From a virus, in IMG/VR virus record IMGVR_UViG_3300009609_000007: DNA of 49,990 nt; one strand, written 5' to 3'. The notes below the pieces were generated by a model. The model saw only the letters and a program-made list of their open reading frames with translations, was not told where the DNA came from and did not search any database. The position numbers and the translations under genes are program-made. Positions 28,937-37,463 of this stretch are shown here, one piece after another; the stretch's first letter is position 1, and every line of letters starts with the position of its first letter.

Positions 28937-29326
28937 ATGAACACAGAAAATAATTGGAGAGAAGCGGCATCAGGAATTTTGGATTACCAAATTAACCGCA
29001 GTACAAGAATTTTAAATGAAGCGATGCCGAAATTACAAGCTAATTTTGTAAACCAATTTGGCTGGCTGGCACAAGACATTTGGAAGGCTACTTATTTAAA
29101 AGCATACGCCGAAGAAGTAAAAACAGACGGAGTTACCAATCCTGAGATTACCGAAGAAATGTTTGCCAAACATTTGCTTTATTTTATTAAAGGTTTGAAA
29201 GAAAATTACAAACGAATGCACTTATTAAACAGCACTAATCCTGCCAGCAACCTTGCTGACATTTGGAAATTAGAATGTGCTGCCACTGTTATTGAAATGC
29301 TGGAAGAATTGCAACAAATATTCTAA
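28937..29326 (+). CDS. Hypothetical protein
   Basis: 129-aa ORF with an ACACACATG leader. Confidence 0.35.
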   Translation: MNTENNWREAASGILDYQINRSTRILNEAMPKLQANFVNQFGWLAQDIWKATYLKAYAEEVKTDGVTNPEITEEMFAKHLLYFIKGLKENYKRMHLLNSTNPASNLADIWKLECAATVIEMLEELQQIF

Positions 29327-29395
29327 CTCAACTTTGTGTGTTACCCCGACCCCTTCGCGCTAAGGGGTGACCACAAAAAATAAAACACACACAAA

Positions 29396-30517
29396 ATGAT
29401 GAATTTAAAAAGGTATATTAGAGCACAAAACTCAAGCGACATATTTCGCTTTTTATTATGGAAAGGCTTTGACAGAAAAACGCTCAGAGTCACTAAAGAC
29501 AATTTAGTAGCCTTGGCAATTAAGTACGCACAAGAGCAGCTAAAGACAGAAGACCTGGAAGACGTAGATACCAAACGCGAAGATTGGTTTGCAAACCAGG
29601 AATTTCTTTTATGGAACACGTCAGAAGGATGGAGAGTTAAAAGCACTTCTGGCGCTAAAAGAAGCCCTGTAACGGGCGGAAAAAGATTGCAGGATGCAAT
29701 ACGTGCCGAGTTAGAGTTAATTGGTTTAAAGCGTCCTGTTATTAATGAAATTAAAGTCAACGGTTATAAGCCAACTACAATTCCTGGTCGCGTTCATAAA
29801 AATCTGTCGCACGTTTTAAACTTAGCACAGGTTGAAAAGAACATTTATTTAGTTGGCGCTGCCGGCACCGGCAAAACTACTTTAGCAAAGCAAGCCGCGG
29901 AATCAATGGGATTAAATTTCGCCCAAGTAAGTTGCACGGAAGGAATGAGCGAAACTAAATTAATTGGTTATAATAATCTGGAGTCGCAATACATGGAACC
30001 GGATTTGGTTTCTATTTATGAAAAAGGCGGAGTGTTCCTGTTTGACGAAGTGGATGCCTCGGACAGCAACACGATGTTGATAATGAATTCCGCAATCGCT
30101 AACGGCATCCTAAGCGTACCTGCTCGCAGAAAAAAGACTCATGCCGTACGCCATAAAGATACGGTCATTATTTGCGCTGCCAATACATACGGCAATGGCT
30201 CGTTTGATTATGTAGGTCGCAATCAAATGGACGCTGCTTTTATGGACAGGTTTTCTTGCAGCAAAGTTCTTATAGAATACGACCAGGATTTGGAACGTGA
30301 AATATTACCTAACGAATTTTATCTAAACAAACTTTGGTCAATACGCGAAAGAATATTTGAAGTCAAAATTCGCAAAGTAATGTCAACCCGTACCGTGGCA
30401 AGTGTATCTCGGCAAATGAGTGCTGGTACCACTTACAATCAAATCATGGAGGCTTATACGTTGGGATGGACATCTGAAGAGATTGAAAAAATTGGGAAGG
30501 AGAAATTCAAATCATGA
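29396..30517 (+). CDS. AAA+ ATPase (AAA_5 / MoxR / CobS-like)
   Basis: Walker A in LVGAAGTGKTT; Walker B in VFLFDEVDA; AANTYG...DAAFMDRF. Confidence 0.6.
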   Translation: MMNLKRYIRAQNSSDIFRFLLWKGFDRKTLRVTKDNLVALAIKYAQEQLKTEDLEDVDTKREDWFANQEFLLWNTSEGWRVKSTSGAKRSPVTGGKRLQDAIRAELELIGLKRPVINEIKVNGYKPTTIPGRVHKNLSHVLNLAQVEKNIYLVGAAGTGKTTLAKQAAESMGLNFAQVSCTEGMSETKLIGYNNLESQYMEPDLVSIYEKGGVFLFDEVDASDSNTMLIMNSAIANGILSVPARRKKTHAVRHKDTVIICAANTYGNGSFDYVGRNQMDAAFMDRFSCSKVLIEYDQDLEREILPNEFYLNKLWSIRERIFEVKIRKVMSTRTVASVSRQMSAGTTYNQIMEAYTLGWTSEEIEKIGKEKFKS

Positions 30518-31353
30518 ATTTAACTCACCATAAAGAATTAGATTTAAAACAACTGTCTTTTTCTGGTTTGCAGGATTTTGTTTCAGAAACCAATAAATGG
30601 TTGTACACAGGAAACTGGCAAGATAATTGGACTACTGGCAGGAAATATACTGCCGGCGAAACACTTGCTAATTTAAAAATGGGAATTGGCGACATAAAAT
30701 TTGTCGCCAATACAACCAACAAAGTTGAGCGGTATATAAATAATGAAGAAATTACTGCGCTTCTAAACAATGCCTACGAGAAGAAAAAGAAACATAAAAA
30801 GTCTTTCGAAGAAGGCGAAATAAATCTTGGCAGGTATTTTGCAGGCGACCCAGAATGTTTTGACTTGCAGTACAAACAAAAAAGGGCAAAAGGTGTTCGC
30901 ATTGCCGTTGATGCGGGAATTACAGCTAATGAAGACATGGCAATATTTACCAAGGTAGCAGAGTCCGCTATAATAATAACAAACATCTTGTCGGCGTATG
31001 CTATTCCAACACAGGTTGACGCTGTATTTACCGGAATAAACACACTACATAATACCAAATATGTGGTGATGAATTTTCCTTTAAAAGAATCAACACAGAA
31101 AATCGACATTGCTATGTTGGGAATATTCGAAATGCCTTACCTGTTAAGGGGTGTCGCGTTCGCTGCCTTTAAAAATCTGTTCCAAGAATCTGCTCGTGGT
31201 GGCTTAGGGAGAGATTGCATATATGCCGCCGAGTCTTTATTTAAAGACGAAAACGGATACGATTTAATAATTCATAAAAATAATTGCAGCGAAGAAAATA
31301 TTACTGCCCTAATCAAACAAGTTTTAATATCACGTCAAATTCAAACAATTTAA
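30514..31353 (+). CDS. Partner protein of the AAA+ ATPase (CobT/vWA-like position)
   Basis: ATGA overlap with the ATPase gene. I recognised no motif. Confidence 0.25.
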   Translation: MNLTHHKELDLKQLSFSGLQDFVSETNKWLYTGNWQDNWTTGRKYTAGETLANLKMGIGDIKFVANTTNKVERYINNEEITALLNNAYEKKKKHKKSFEEGEINLGRYFAGDPECFDLQYKQKRAKGVRIAVDAGITANEDMAIFTKVAESAIIITNILSAYAIPTQVDAVFTGINTLHNTKYVVMNFPLKESTQKIDIAMLGIFEMPYLLRGVAFAAFKNLFQESARGGLGRDCIYAAESLFKDENGYDLIIHKNNCSEENITALIKQVLISRQIQTI

Positions 31354-31364
31354 AAAACACACAC

Positions 31365-31649
31365 ATGAAAACACAAATTATCAAATCAGACGGAATGGTT
31401 ATCGAAACTGTTCCTGCAAATGGAAAAGATTTTAGTATTCAAGAATGCCAAAAAATAGTTGGCGGATATGTTGAGGCTCTTGCCAGTACCGATGGAAATT
31501 TTTTTATGGTTCTTAATGAAGAAGGAAAACTAAACAGCTTGCCGCCAAACAATGTTGCCACAAACATAGCACACGCTGCCTTTAATTTAAGGCCTGGCGA
31601 TTACATTGTAGGCGATGTTTTAATTTGCAGCAAATCACAATTCAAATAA
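31365..31649 (+). CDS. DUF3846-like protein
   Basis: First ATG at 31365. ...FSIQECQKIVGGYVEAL...FMVLNEEGKL pattern. Confidence 0.35.
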   Translation: MKTQIIKSDGMVIETVPANGKDFSIQECQKIVGGYVEALASTDGNFFMVLNEEGKLNSLPPNNVATNIAHAAFNLRPGDYIVGDVLICSKSQFK

Positions 31650-31655
31650 ATACAC

Positions 31656-31856
31656 ATGAACACCAAGCTCGTCACCTGCATCGACTACTGGCATTACCTG
31701 GAACACAAACCTTTTAAATACAAATGCCGCGCGATTAACTTACTTCGCGAAGGACTTGCAACTCAAAACCAAGGATTGTGGGATGAAGAAACCTGCGAAG
31801 AGATTCGGGCATTAATACATCTTGTGGAATTATCAATGGGAATATTTCTAAACTAA
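31656..31856 (+). CDS. Small hypothetical protein
   Basis: 66-aa ORF. Confidence 0.3.
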   Translation: MNTKLVTCIDYWHYLEHKPFKYKCRAINLLREGLATQNQGLWDEETCEEIRALIHLVELSMGIFLN

Positions 31857-31875
31857 ATAATTAAAATCAAAAAAA

Positions 31876-32477
31876 ATGAAAACAGTAACAATCAAAGACG
31901 CGAGTTACCCGCAGCTCCAAAAACGTGCGGGAGAATTAAATATTGCAACTATTGGCAAGCGAATGGAAGAGCTTCGCGGTGCTATTAAAAAAGCTCAAGA
32001 CGGCAAGGACGACTTCGAGGTTGCGGATGCGGTTAAGAAAACGCCCGCTCCAACACCTGCGGCCGCCTCTGCGCCTACTTTATCTGCCCAACTTGCTTCT
32101 GTACCCATTACAGTAAAGAAGCCCGCAGAACCCGCCAAAAGCAGCAAAAAAGCAGCGAGCCCAAAAAAAAAGCTCGTAAAGAGCCTAAGGCTAAAGCTAA
32201 GTCCCAAGCACCCAAAAAAGCTGCAAAGCCTGCGAAAGAAGCTAAAATTAAGCCAGAAGGCAAGAAGAAGCTCGATGATAAAGCTGGCAATGTAGTTAAA
32301 TCAAAGACCCTTAAAAAAGGGGTAAAAGTGCAATACCTTCTACAAGAGGGTTATGACAGGGCATTTATTGCCGAAAAATTAAGCACTACGGTAGGCAGCG
32401 TAAATAATAACGCCAGGCACTATGCTCTCCATCCTGAACAATTAAAGAAAGCAAGAGCAGCATGGACAGAAGCATAA
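31876..32477 (+). CDS. DNA-binding-like protein (SAP/Rho-N-like N-terminus, Lys/Ala/Pro-rich linker, HTH-like C-terminus) that needs a -1 shift in an A9 run to be read through
   Basis: Frame 1 ORF 31876..32295. After the A-run at 32163-32171 the -1 frame stays open for 105 codons with no ATG to the TAA at 32475-77, and continues the KAP-rich composition (PKKKARKEPKAKAKSQAPKKAAKPAKEAK...). Confidence 0.5.
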
Positions 32478-32785
32478 TAATAAATCTGCGGGTAGAGGGT
32501 TACCACCGCTATCCCGCAGCGCCTGCGGAAACAAAATTTCTCGCAGATTTGCACCGGCACATCTTCCACATAACTGCCGAAAAAAATGTATCGCATAATA
32601 ACCGCGATATAGAATTTGTTGCGCTAAAATGGAATATTGAAAAGTATTTCAAGGACAAATTTCCTGACAAACAATTTGGCGAAATGTCTTGTGAAGATAT
32701 TGCAGAATATTTATGCCTTGAGTTTGAATTAGATTCATGCACCGTAATGGAGGACGGAGAAAATGGAGCAAAGGTCAAAAGGTAA
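32462..32785 (+). CDS. QueD/PTPS-like T-fold protein lacking the catalytic Cys
   Basis: H15 ... H31-R-H33 (GYHRY...LADLHRHIF) mirrors the QueD zinc ligands. Leu occupies the position of the CxxxHGH Cys. 107 aa. Confidence 0.45.
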   Translation: MDRSIIINLRVEGYHRYPAAPAETKFLADLHRHIFHITAEKNVSHNNRDIEFVALKWNIEKYFKDKFPDKQFGEMSCEDIAEYLCLEFELDSCTVMEDGENGAKVKR

Positions 32786-33788
32786 TATTTACTACCTGCC
32801 AATTGAGAACCTTGAGCAGCGTTATACCAAAATGATGAACGATGTTTTATCGCCATGGTGCTCTTTTACAATTTATCCCACAGGCTTTGAAAATGAAGTA
32901 ATATCTAACGGTCAATTTCTTGATACGTTCCGCACAATTAAATTCAAAGCAGCTCAACTGCAAGTTGTTTCTGACCTGTTTAATCAGGGCACGATAAAAA
33001 ATGGCGATGTATTTTTGGTTGCTGACATTTTCTTTCCTGGCATTGAATCTATTAAATACATGGCAGAACTTTCTGGTATTACCGTACACGTATATGGATT
33101 CAACCACGCGGGCAGGGCAGACGATACGGACTTTGTTCAACGACTCGGAAAGTGGGCAGATAAAAGCGAGCAGGGTTATCACGAGATATGTGATGGAATA
33201 TTTGTGGGCAGCGTGTACCACAAAGGTCACATTATAGACCATTTTAATTATCCTGAAGAAAAAATTCATGTTACGGGAATGGTTTGGGATATTGACTGGC
33301 TAACAAATGTATATCCTTATGGCAATGACGCCAAGGAGGATTACTGCATATACCCACATCGCCTTAGTCCAGAAAAAGGTACGGATGAATTTTTTCGAGT
33401 AGCCGAAGAAAACCTTGACATTCAATTTATAGTTACTTGTTCGGGCAAATCTTATTCCGGCAAAGTTCCGGTTAATGTGACTATCTGCGAGCAGATGACA
33501 AAGAAACAATACTATGAAAAAATGTCGAAAGCCAGATGGTATTTAAGCACATCTAACCATGAGAACTTTGGCTATACCTTGCAGGAGGCTATTCTATATG
33601 GCTGCGAAATTTGCGTACCCAACAGGGCTTGTTATCCTGAAATGGTGCCTTTAAGAAACCTTTGGTACACACATGAAGATATTCAAGATTTTTTTCATGC
33701 TGCATTAAAGGGCATTTACAAAGTTCCTTTAGGTTATACATTACAACATCACAATAACGCTCAAAGAATAATACAAATAATACAATGA
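32763..33788 (+). CDS. GT-B fold glycosyltransferase (GT4-like)
   Basis: E-x7-E motif in SNHENFGYTLQEAILYGCEICVPN. 341 aa. Overlaps both neighbours. Confidence 0.55.
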   Translation: MEQRSKGNIYYLPIENLEQRYTKMMNDVLSPWCSFTIYPTGFENEVISNGQFLDTFRTIKFKAAQLQVVSDLFNQGTIKNGDVFLVADIFFPGIESIKYMAELSGITVHVYGFNHAGRADDTDFVQRLGKWADKSEQGYHEICDGIFVGSVYHKGHIIDHFNYPEEKIHVTGMVWDIDWLTNVYPYGNDAKEDYCIYPHRLSPEKGTDEFFRVAEENLDIQFIVTCSGKSYSGKVPVNVTICEQMTKKQYYEKMSKARWYLSTSNHENFGYTLQEAILYGCEICVPNRACYPEMVPLRNLWYTHEDIQDFFHAALKGIYKVPLGYTLQHHNNAQRIIQIIQ

Positions 33789-34570
33789 AAATACTCGTAG
33801 CCGGAAGTCCTACAAATGACGCTGACAAGCTATGCGTCAAACATGACGTAGGCAAATTGTATTCTTATCTTAATGAGCAAAACGAAATCCGAGAATGGAA
33901 TCATGGGCAAATGTTAATGGTTGACAGCGGGGCTCATAGTTGGAATAAAACGTCTATCAACAAAGCAGGTATGGCGAGCAGTAAAAAGCCTTTGCCTTCC
34001 GCTAAAGTTCATTATGACGAATACATTCAATTTATGAAAGTGCATAAAGACAAGCCGTTAGTATTTGTGGAATTAGATGTGTATGGCAAGCTGGACAAAG
34101 ATTATCTTGACGCTAAATACAACGAAACAAAACAAATAGGCGGCATGGTTCAGGTTATGCGAGTTTACCATGAGATGCTCGACGGAGGCTCTTTAAAAGT
34201 TTTAAAAGAGTGGATTGATGATGGACAGACATACATTGGTCTTGGCTCTGATGCCAAACAGCATTATGATAAAATATTTAAGCTAACTAAGGACAAAATA
34301 AAATATCACGGCTTTGCTCTTACGCAAATAAACATGGTGGAGCGGTATCCGTTTTATTCCGTTGACAGCACATCGCCAATCGCAACGGTTATTTTCGGAC
34401 TGTTTTTTGAAAAGTATTTATCTTGCATAGGCAAAGACAAAATGATAAAAAAACGCCACTGGAAATTGATGATGAATGACGGTGAGCGTTTAGAAGACGC
34501 CATTAAAAACGTAAAATCAACTGAATTATATTTAACAGACCTTTGGGCGCGGCGCGGAGTAATATGGTAA
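33785..34570 (+). CDS. dpdA: DpdA-like DNA guanine transglycosylase (TGT superfamily)
   Basis: MLMVDSGAHSW (compare TGT DSGGFQ) and YHGFALT...YSVDSTSP. In the same genome as folE, queD and queE. Confidence 0.55.
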   Translation: MKILVAGSPTNDADKLCVKHDVGKLYSYLNEQNEIREWNHGQMLMVDSGAHSWNKTSINKAGMASSKKPLPSAKVHYDEYIQFMKVHKDKPLVFVELDVYGKLDKDYLDAKYNETKQIGGMVQVMRVYHEMLDGGSLKVLKEWIDDGQTYIGLGSDAKQHYDKIFKLTKDKIKYHGFALTQINMVERYPFYSVDSTSPIATVIFGLFFEKYLSCIGKDKMIKKRHWKLMMNDGERLEDAIKNVKSTELYLTDLWARRGVIW

Positions 34571-34583
34571 AAACAAAATTAAT

Positions 34584-35060
34584 ATGGTAGAAATAAACAC
34601 AGACAAAATCAGCATGGCTCCTTGGACTTGCACCGAGGCAGACGAAGGCATAATGCACAAACTAAAATCGTCAATACGAAAGTTTGGTCAGGCAAGAAAT
34701 ATAACTGTCGTACATCACAAGAGCATTGATGTTTACGAATGTATTGAGGGTCGTAAAATATTAAATACGCTGCGGTCGTTAGGATTGCCTACCGCCTGGT
34801 GTAACGTGCTAACGGATGTAGAAAGTTCTTTTAGCAAGTCTTTAAATATTACACTTAATTTCTTGCAGCCAGAAATAGAATACATTGGTTGCAGCGAATT
34901 GATAAAAGAGATTTCGAAAGACCAGCCCTTACATCATATTAATTTACACCTGCCTTGGAGCGCGGAGGAATTAAAAAAGATAAAGCAGCTCGCGGACTTC
35001 GACTGGTCGCAATATGACGATGTGGTGTCTCCCAATCAACAAGATTTATTTGGCGCTTAA
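34584..35060 (+). CDS. ParB N-terminal domain-like protein (DpdB-like position)
   Basis: ECIEGRKILNTLRSLGLP resembles the ParB GERR/GxxRxxA box. Directly downstream of the dpdA-like gene. Confidence 0.45.
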   Translation: MVEINTDKISMAPWTCTEADEGIMHKLKSSIRKFGQARNITVVHHKSIDVYECIEGRKILNTLRSLGLPTAWCNVLTDVESSFSKSLNITLNFLQPEIEYIGCSELIKEISKDQPLHHINLHLPWSAEELKKIKQLADFDWSQYDDVVSPNQQDLFGA

Positions 35061-35100
35061 AAAAATATTTTTATAAATGTATAGAAATTTAAAAATTTGT

Positions 35101-35108
35101 TATATTTG
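35101..35108 (+). promoter_or_regulatory. -7 promoter box TATATTTG(C)
   Basis: Perfect TAnnTTTG in the 123-nt gap before the initiator gene. Confidence 0.45.
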
Positions 35109-35146
35109 CAATCATGCTTTGGCGGAAGCAAATAAGACCTTGATAA

Positions 35147-35191
35147 AAACCCATGTGGAACAGTCCCGCCAGACTTAGTACACATGGGTTT
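35147..35191. promoter_or_regulatory. Perfect 11-bp inverted repeat spanning the start codon of the initiator gene (operator or translational hairpin)
   Basis: aaacccatgtg (35147-57) / cacatgggttt (35181-91), 23-nt spacer. The ATG at 35184 lies inside the right arm. Confidence 0.5.
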
Positions 35192-35498
35192 CGTATTTAT
35201 GATAATAAAATCTAAAACATTTGAAAAATTCACCGTGATTAGTAATACCGTAGCAAGAGATAAAACAATTTCCATGAAAGCAAAAGGGCTATTTCTTACA
35301 CTTGCATCGCTTCCACAAGACTGGATTATCTTTAAGACACAGCTATATGAATTCTCAAAAGATGGAAAACGAGCTACGATAGCCGCATTCAACGAACTCG
35401 TGAAAGCTGGATATATTTTGCAGACAAGAAAGATTAAGGTCAATGGGCATTTTAATGGTTGGGATTATGTGGTGTATCCTGAAAAACAGTTATCATAA
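35184..35498 (+). CDS. Winged-helix replication initiator / DnaD-like N-terminal domain protein
   Basis: ISMKAKGLFLTLASLPQDWIIFKTQLYEFSKDGKRATIAAFNELVKAGYILQTR...WDYVVYP pattern. Confidence 0.5.
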   Translation: MGFVFMIIKSKTFEKFTVISNTVARDKTISMKAKGLFLTLASLPQDWIIFKTQLYEFSKDGKRATIAAFNELVKAGYILQTRKIKVNGHFNGWDYVVYPEKQLS

Positions 35499-35515
35499 CT
35501 ACCGATTCTACGTTT

Positions 35516-35654
35516 TGCAGAAACGCAAAATGCAGAAACGCATTTCGCATAGCTATTAAATAAAGAGTTAAACAAATAAAGAGTTAAACAAATAAAGATT
35601 TTTTCACGACCAAAAAGTCGTGTTTATAAAACACCAAGAATAAAACACCAAAAA
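35516..35654. repeat. Iteron-like repeat cluster (candidate replication origin)
   Basis: tgcagaaacgca x2 (35516, 35531); 16-mer aaataaagagttaaac x2.6 (35558-35599); hairpin cacgac-caaaaa-gtcgtg (35605-22); ataaaacacca x2 (35626, 35640). Confidence 0.5.
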
Positions 35655-36047
35655 ATGGAAAAAGAAAAACTCGAACATCTTGTCTTTGATTGCGAAGCAG
35701 CGTGGGTAGATTTTTACCTAAGTAAAAACGAAACCATGCCAACAATAAACGGCAAGTCAAGAAAAAATTTGCAGACTGTAATCGTAAACCTCCGCAGGAA
35801 AATGATATTCCACGGCATAGAAGAAACGTATGAAAACATAATTGATTTTTTCATCACATTTTTGCAAACAATAGATGACAAATGGATTTTAAAAAACCTT
35901 GACATCTCAATCATAAATTCCAAATTTGATATCTTATTCGCAAATGCCTACAAAAAAACTCCAGATTTCAGACAAAAGATTAACTCGTCTTCCAAAGAAG
36001 GAGATGCTTCAGTTAATAAGCTATTCGAAACCACTGGAAATAATTGA
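35655..36047 (+). CDS. Hypothetical protein (replication module)
   Basis: 130-aa ORF. Confidence 0.3.
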   Translation: MEKEKLEHLVFDCEAAWVDFYLSKNETMPTINGKSRKNLQTVIVNLRRKMIFHGIEETYENIIDFFITFLQTIDDKWILKNLDISIINSKFDILFANAYKKTPDFRQKINSSSKEGDASVNKLFETTGNN

Positions 36048-36516
36048 ACAAGAAAAGCAAGTTGGGTTCGAAACAATACTATCTAACCCTGCGCCTATAT
36101 GCTTAAGAGCCCTTGTAAATACCGTAGGCAAGAGAGAACTCGTTACGGCATTCAAGAAAATGTTCGATACGTTTTATCAAATTATTTGCAGGAAAGACGA
36201 TATTAACGATGAGTCGCTCGCTGTATTTTGTTTTGAATTTATTTCAGATAATCCACATTATCAGATACAGGATGTTTATAATTTCTTTAAATTTGTTAAA
36301 CAAAATTCAGGAGATAAGAAATACAAATTCGGCAAGATGGATTATCTTAAACTTAAAGAATTTCAAATAGACTATGATGCAGAAAGAGTATCGCATCTTG
36401 AGCGGCGCCATCAAAGATTAAAACAGGATTCCTTGCTCGGAGAAAACGTGCGTCAAGGCCAGCACCCATATAGCATTCAAGACCTAAAATCAAAACTAAC
36501 ACCATGGCAAAAATAA
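36004..36516 (+). CDS. Hypothetical protein (start uncertain: 35944 or 36004)
   Basis: The track ORF starts at a TTG at 35926 and overlaps the previous gene. In-frame ATGs at 35944 and 36004. Confidence 0.3.
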   Translation: MLQLISYSKPLEIIEQEKQVGFETILSNPAPICLRALVNTVGKRELVTAFKKMFDTFYQIICRKDDINDESLAVFCFEFISDNPHYQIQDVYNFFKFVKQNSGDKKYKFGKMDYLKLKEFQIDYDAERVSHLERRHQRLKQDSLLGENVRQGQHPYSIQDLKSKLTPWQK

Positions 36517-36767
36517 AACATTTGTGGTTTAAGCAGCTGATGAATATGAACCGAATAACGGAAACAAAATTAGCTCTTCGCCTGGGCTATCGCCAGCGGC
36601 AATCTGTAGATAAATTTATCGAAGACCCAAAAAAATTATCGTACGCACAAATCGAAATCTGTCTTAAATTATTTAAAATCACCAAAGAGCAATTTGATAA
36701 CTTTATATCAGGAAAAGAAGTAATGTTTAAGAGGCAAAATATTTATCAAAGGAAAAAGACGGCATAA
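36504..36767 (+). CDS. HTH DNA-binding protein
   Basis: NRITETKLALRLGYRQRQSVDKFI is helix-turn-helix-like. Its TAA stop lies inside the GCATAAC core of palindrome a. Confidence 0.4.
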   Translation: MAKIKHLWFKQLMNMNRITETKLALRLGYRQRQSVDKFIEDPKKLSYAQIEICLKLFKITKEQFDNFISGKEVMFKRQNIYQRKKTA

Positions 36768-36907
36768 CGCACTGGGATTAAGGAAGTAAATAAAAAAAGA
36801 TTAGATGATACACTGTTTGATTAACCGAAAATATTTATTAGATGCACGACTGCCCGAAGTTGCAGAACTGCTTTTTTTATTTATTTCCTTTAATCTAATG
36901 TTATGCG
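36762..36907. repeat. Long imperfect palindromic element a (GCATAAC ... GTTATGC)
   Basis: Arms 36763-36799 and 36871-36907 pair over about 30 of 37 nt (exact taaataaaaaaag/ctttttttattta). 71-nt centre. Confidence 0.8.
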
Positions 36908-37010
36908 TTCGTGCCATTCACGGAAGTTCATACGAAGCACTAAACCTTTTTCATTTTCTTTTTTGTGGGAGGGGTTTTAATTTAATCATTCATCAATAAA
37001 TAATCATACA

Positions 37011-37430
37011 ATGGACTTAGAAACAGAAATGAACAACAAAATAATTGCTGAATTTATCGGCAGCAAACTTATTAAATGCGATGATTTGACAATGGGATAT
37101 GAATTGCCAAATGGATTTCCGATTTATTACAAATACTATGAACCAGCAGCATTGAAATTTCATTCGCATTGGGAGTGGATTATGCCTGTGGTTGAATACA
37201 TTGAAAACGGATTGCCTAACAACGAAAAGTTTAAATTTAAAATTGCATTGAATGGCATATCTATTGAAAATTTATCTAATCATCCGTTTGACACAAGAAA
37301 GATTTGTCCTGTGAATTTAATATCACTCGTTTCAAAAATGGATGGGATTTACTCTGCAATAATTCATTTCATTCAATGGCACAATCAATTCGGTGGGGAG
37401 GAAAAAAAAGAAAATGAAAAAGTGGATTAG
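37011..37430 (+). CDS. Hypothetical cassette ORF
   Basis: 139-aa ORF flanked by palindromes a and b. Confidence 0.35.
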   Translation: MDLETEMNNKIIAEFIGSKLIKCDDLTMGYELPNGFPIYYKYYEPAALKFHSHWEWIMPVVEYIENGLPNNEKFKFKIALNGISIENLSNHPFDTRKICPVNLISLVSKMDGIYSAIIHFIQWHNQFGGEEKKENEKVD

Positions 37431-37463
37431 CACAAAAGTTACTACGAAGCACGGAGGCATGAC

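Noticed and set aside
29349-29368. Hairpin acccctt-cgcgct-aaggggt after ORF 28937..29326 as a rho-independent terminator
   Set aside because: A 7-bp GC-rich stem is present, but no T-run follows on either strand. It is recorded only as a hairpin of unknown role.
35057-35443. 128-aa minus-strand ORF, and similar antisense ORFs (28260..28652, 28690..28944, 29341..29760, 15201..15614, 2228..2815, 32509..32856, 32847..33269 and others)
   Set aside because: All lie antisense to better-supported + strand genes or cross promoters and palindromes. They are low-complexity or hydrophobic shadow frames with no gene-like spacing. The whole genome is consistently + stranded.
36805-36999. Track ORF 36805..36999, and the N-terminal extension 37555..37665 of ORF 37555..37941
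   Set aside because: Both run through the arms of palindromic elements a and b, translate to Leu/Phe-rich nonsense, and have no matching start context. The downstream ATG at 37666 gives a normal protein.
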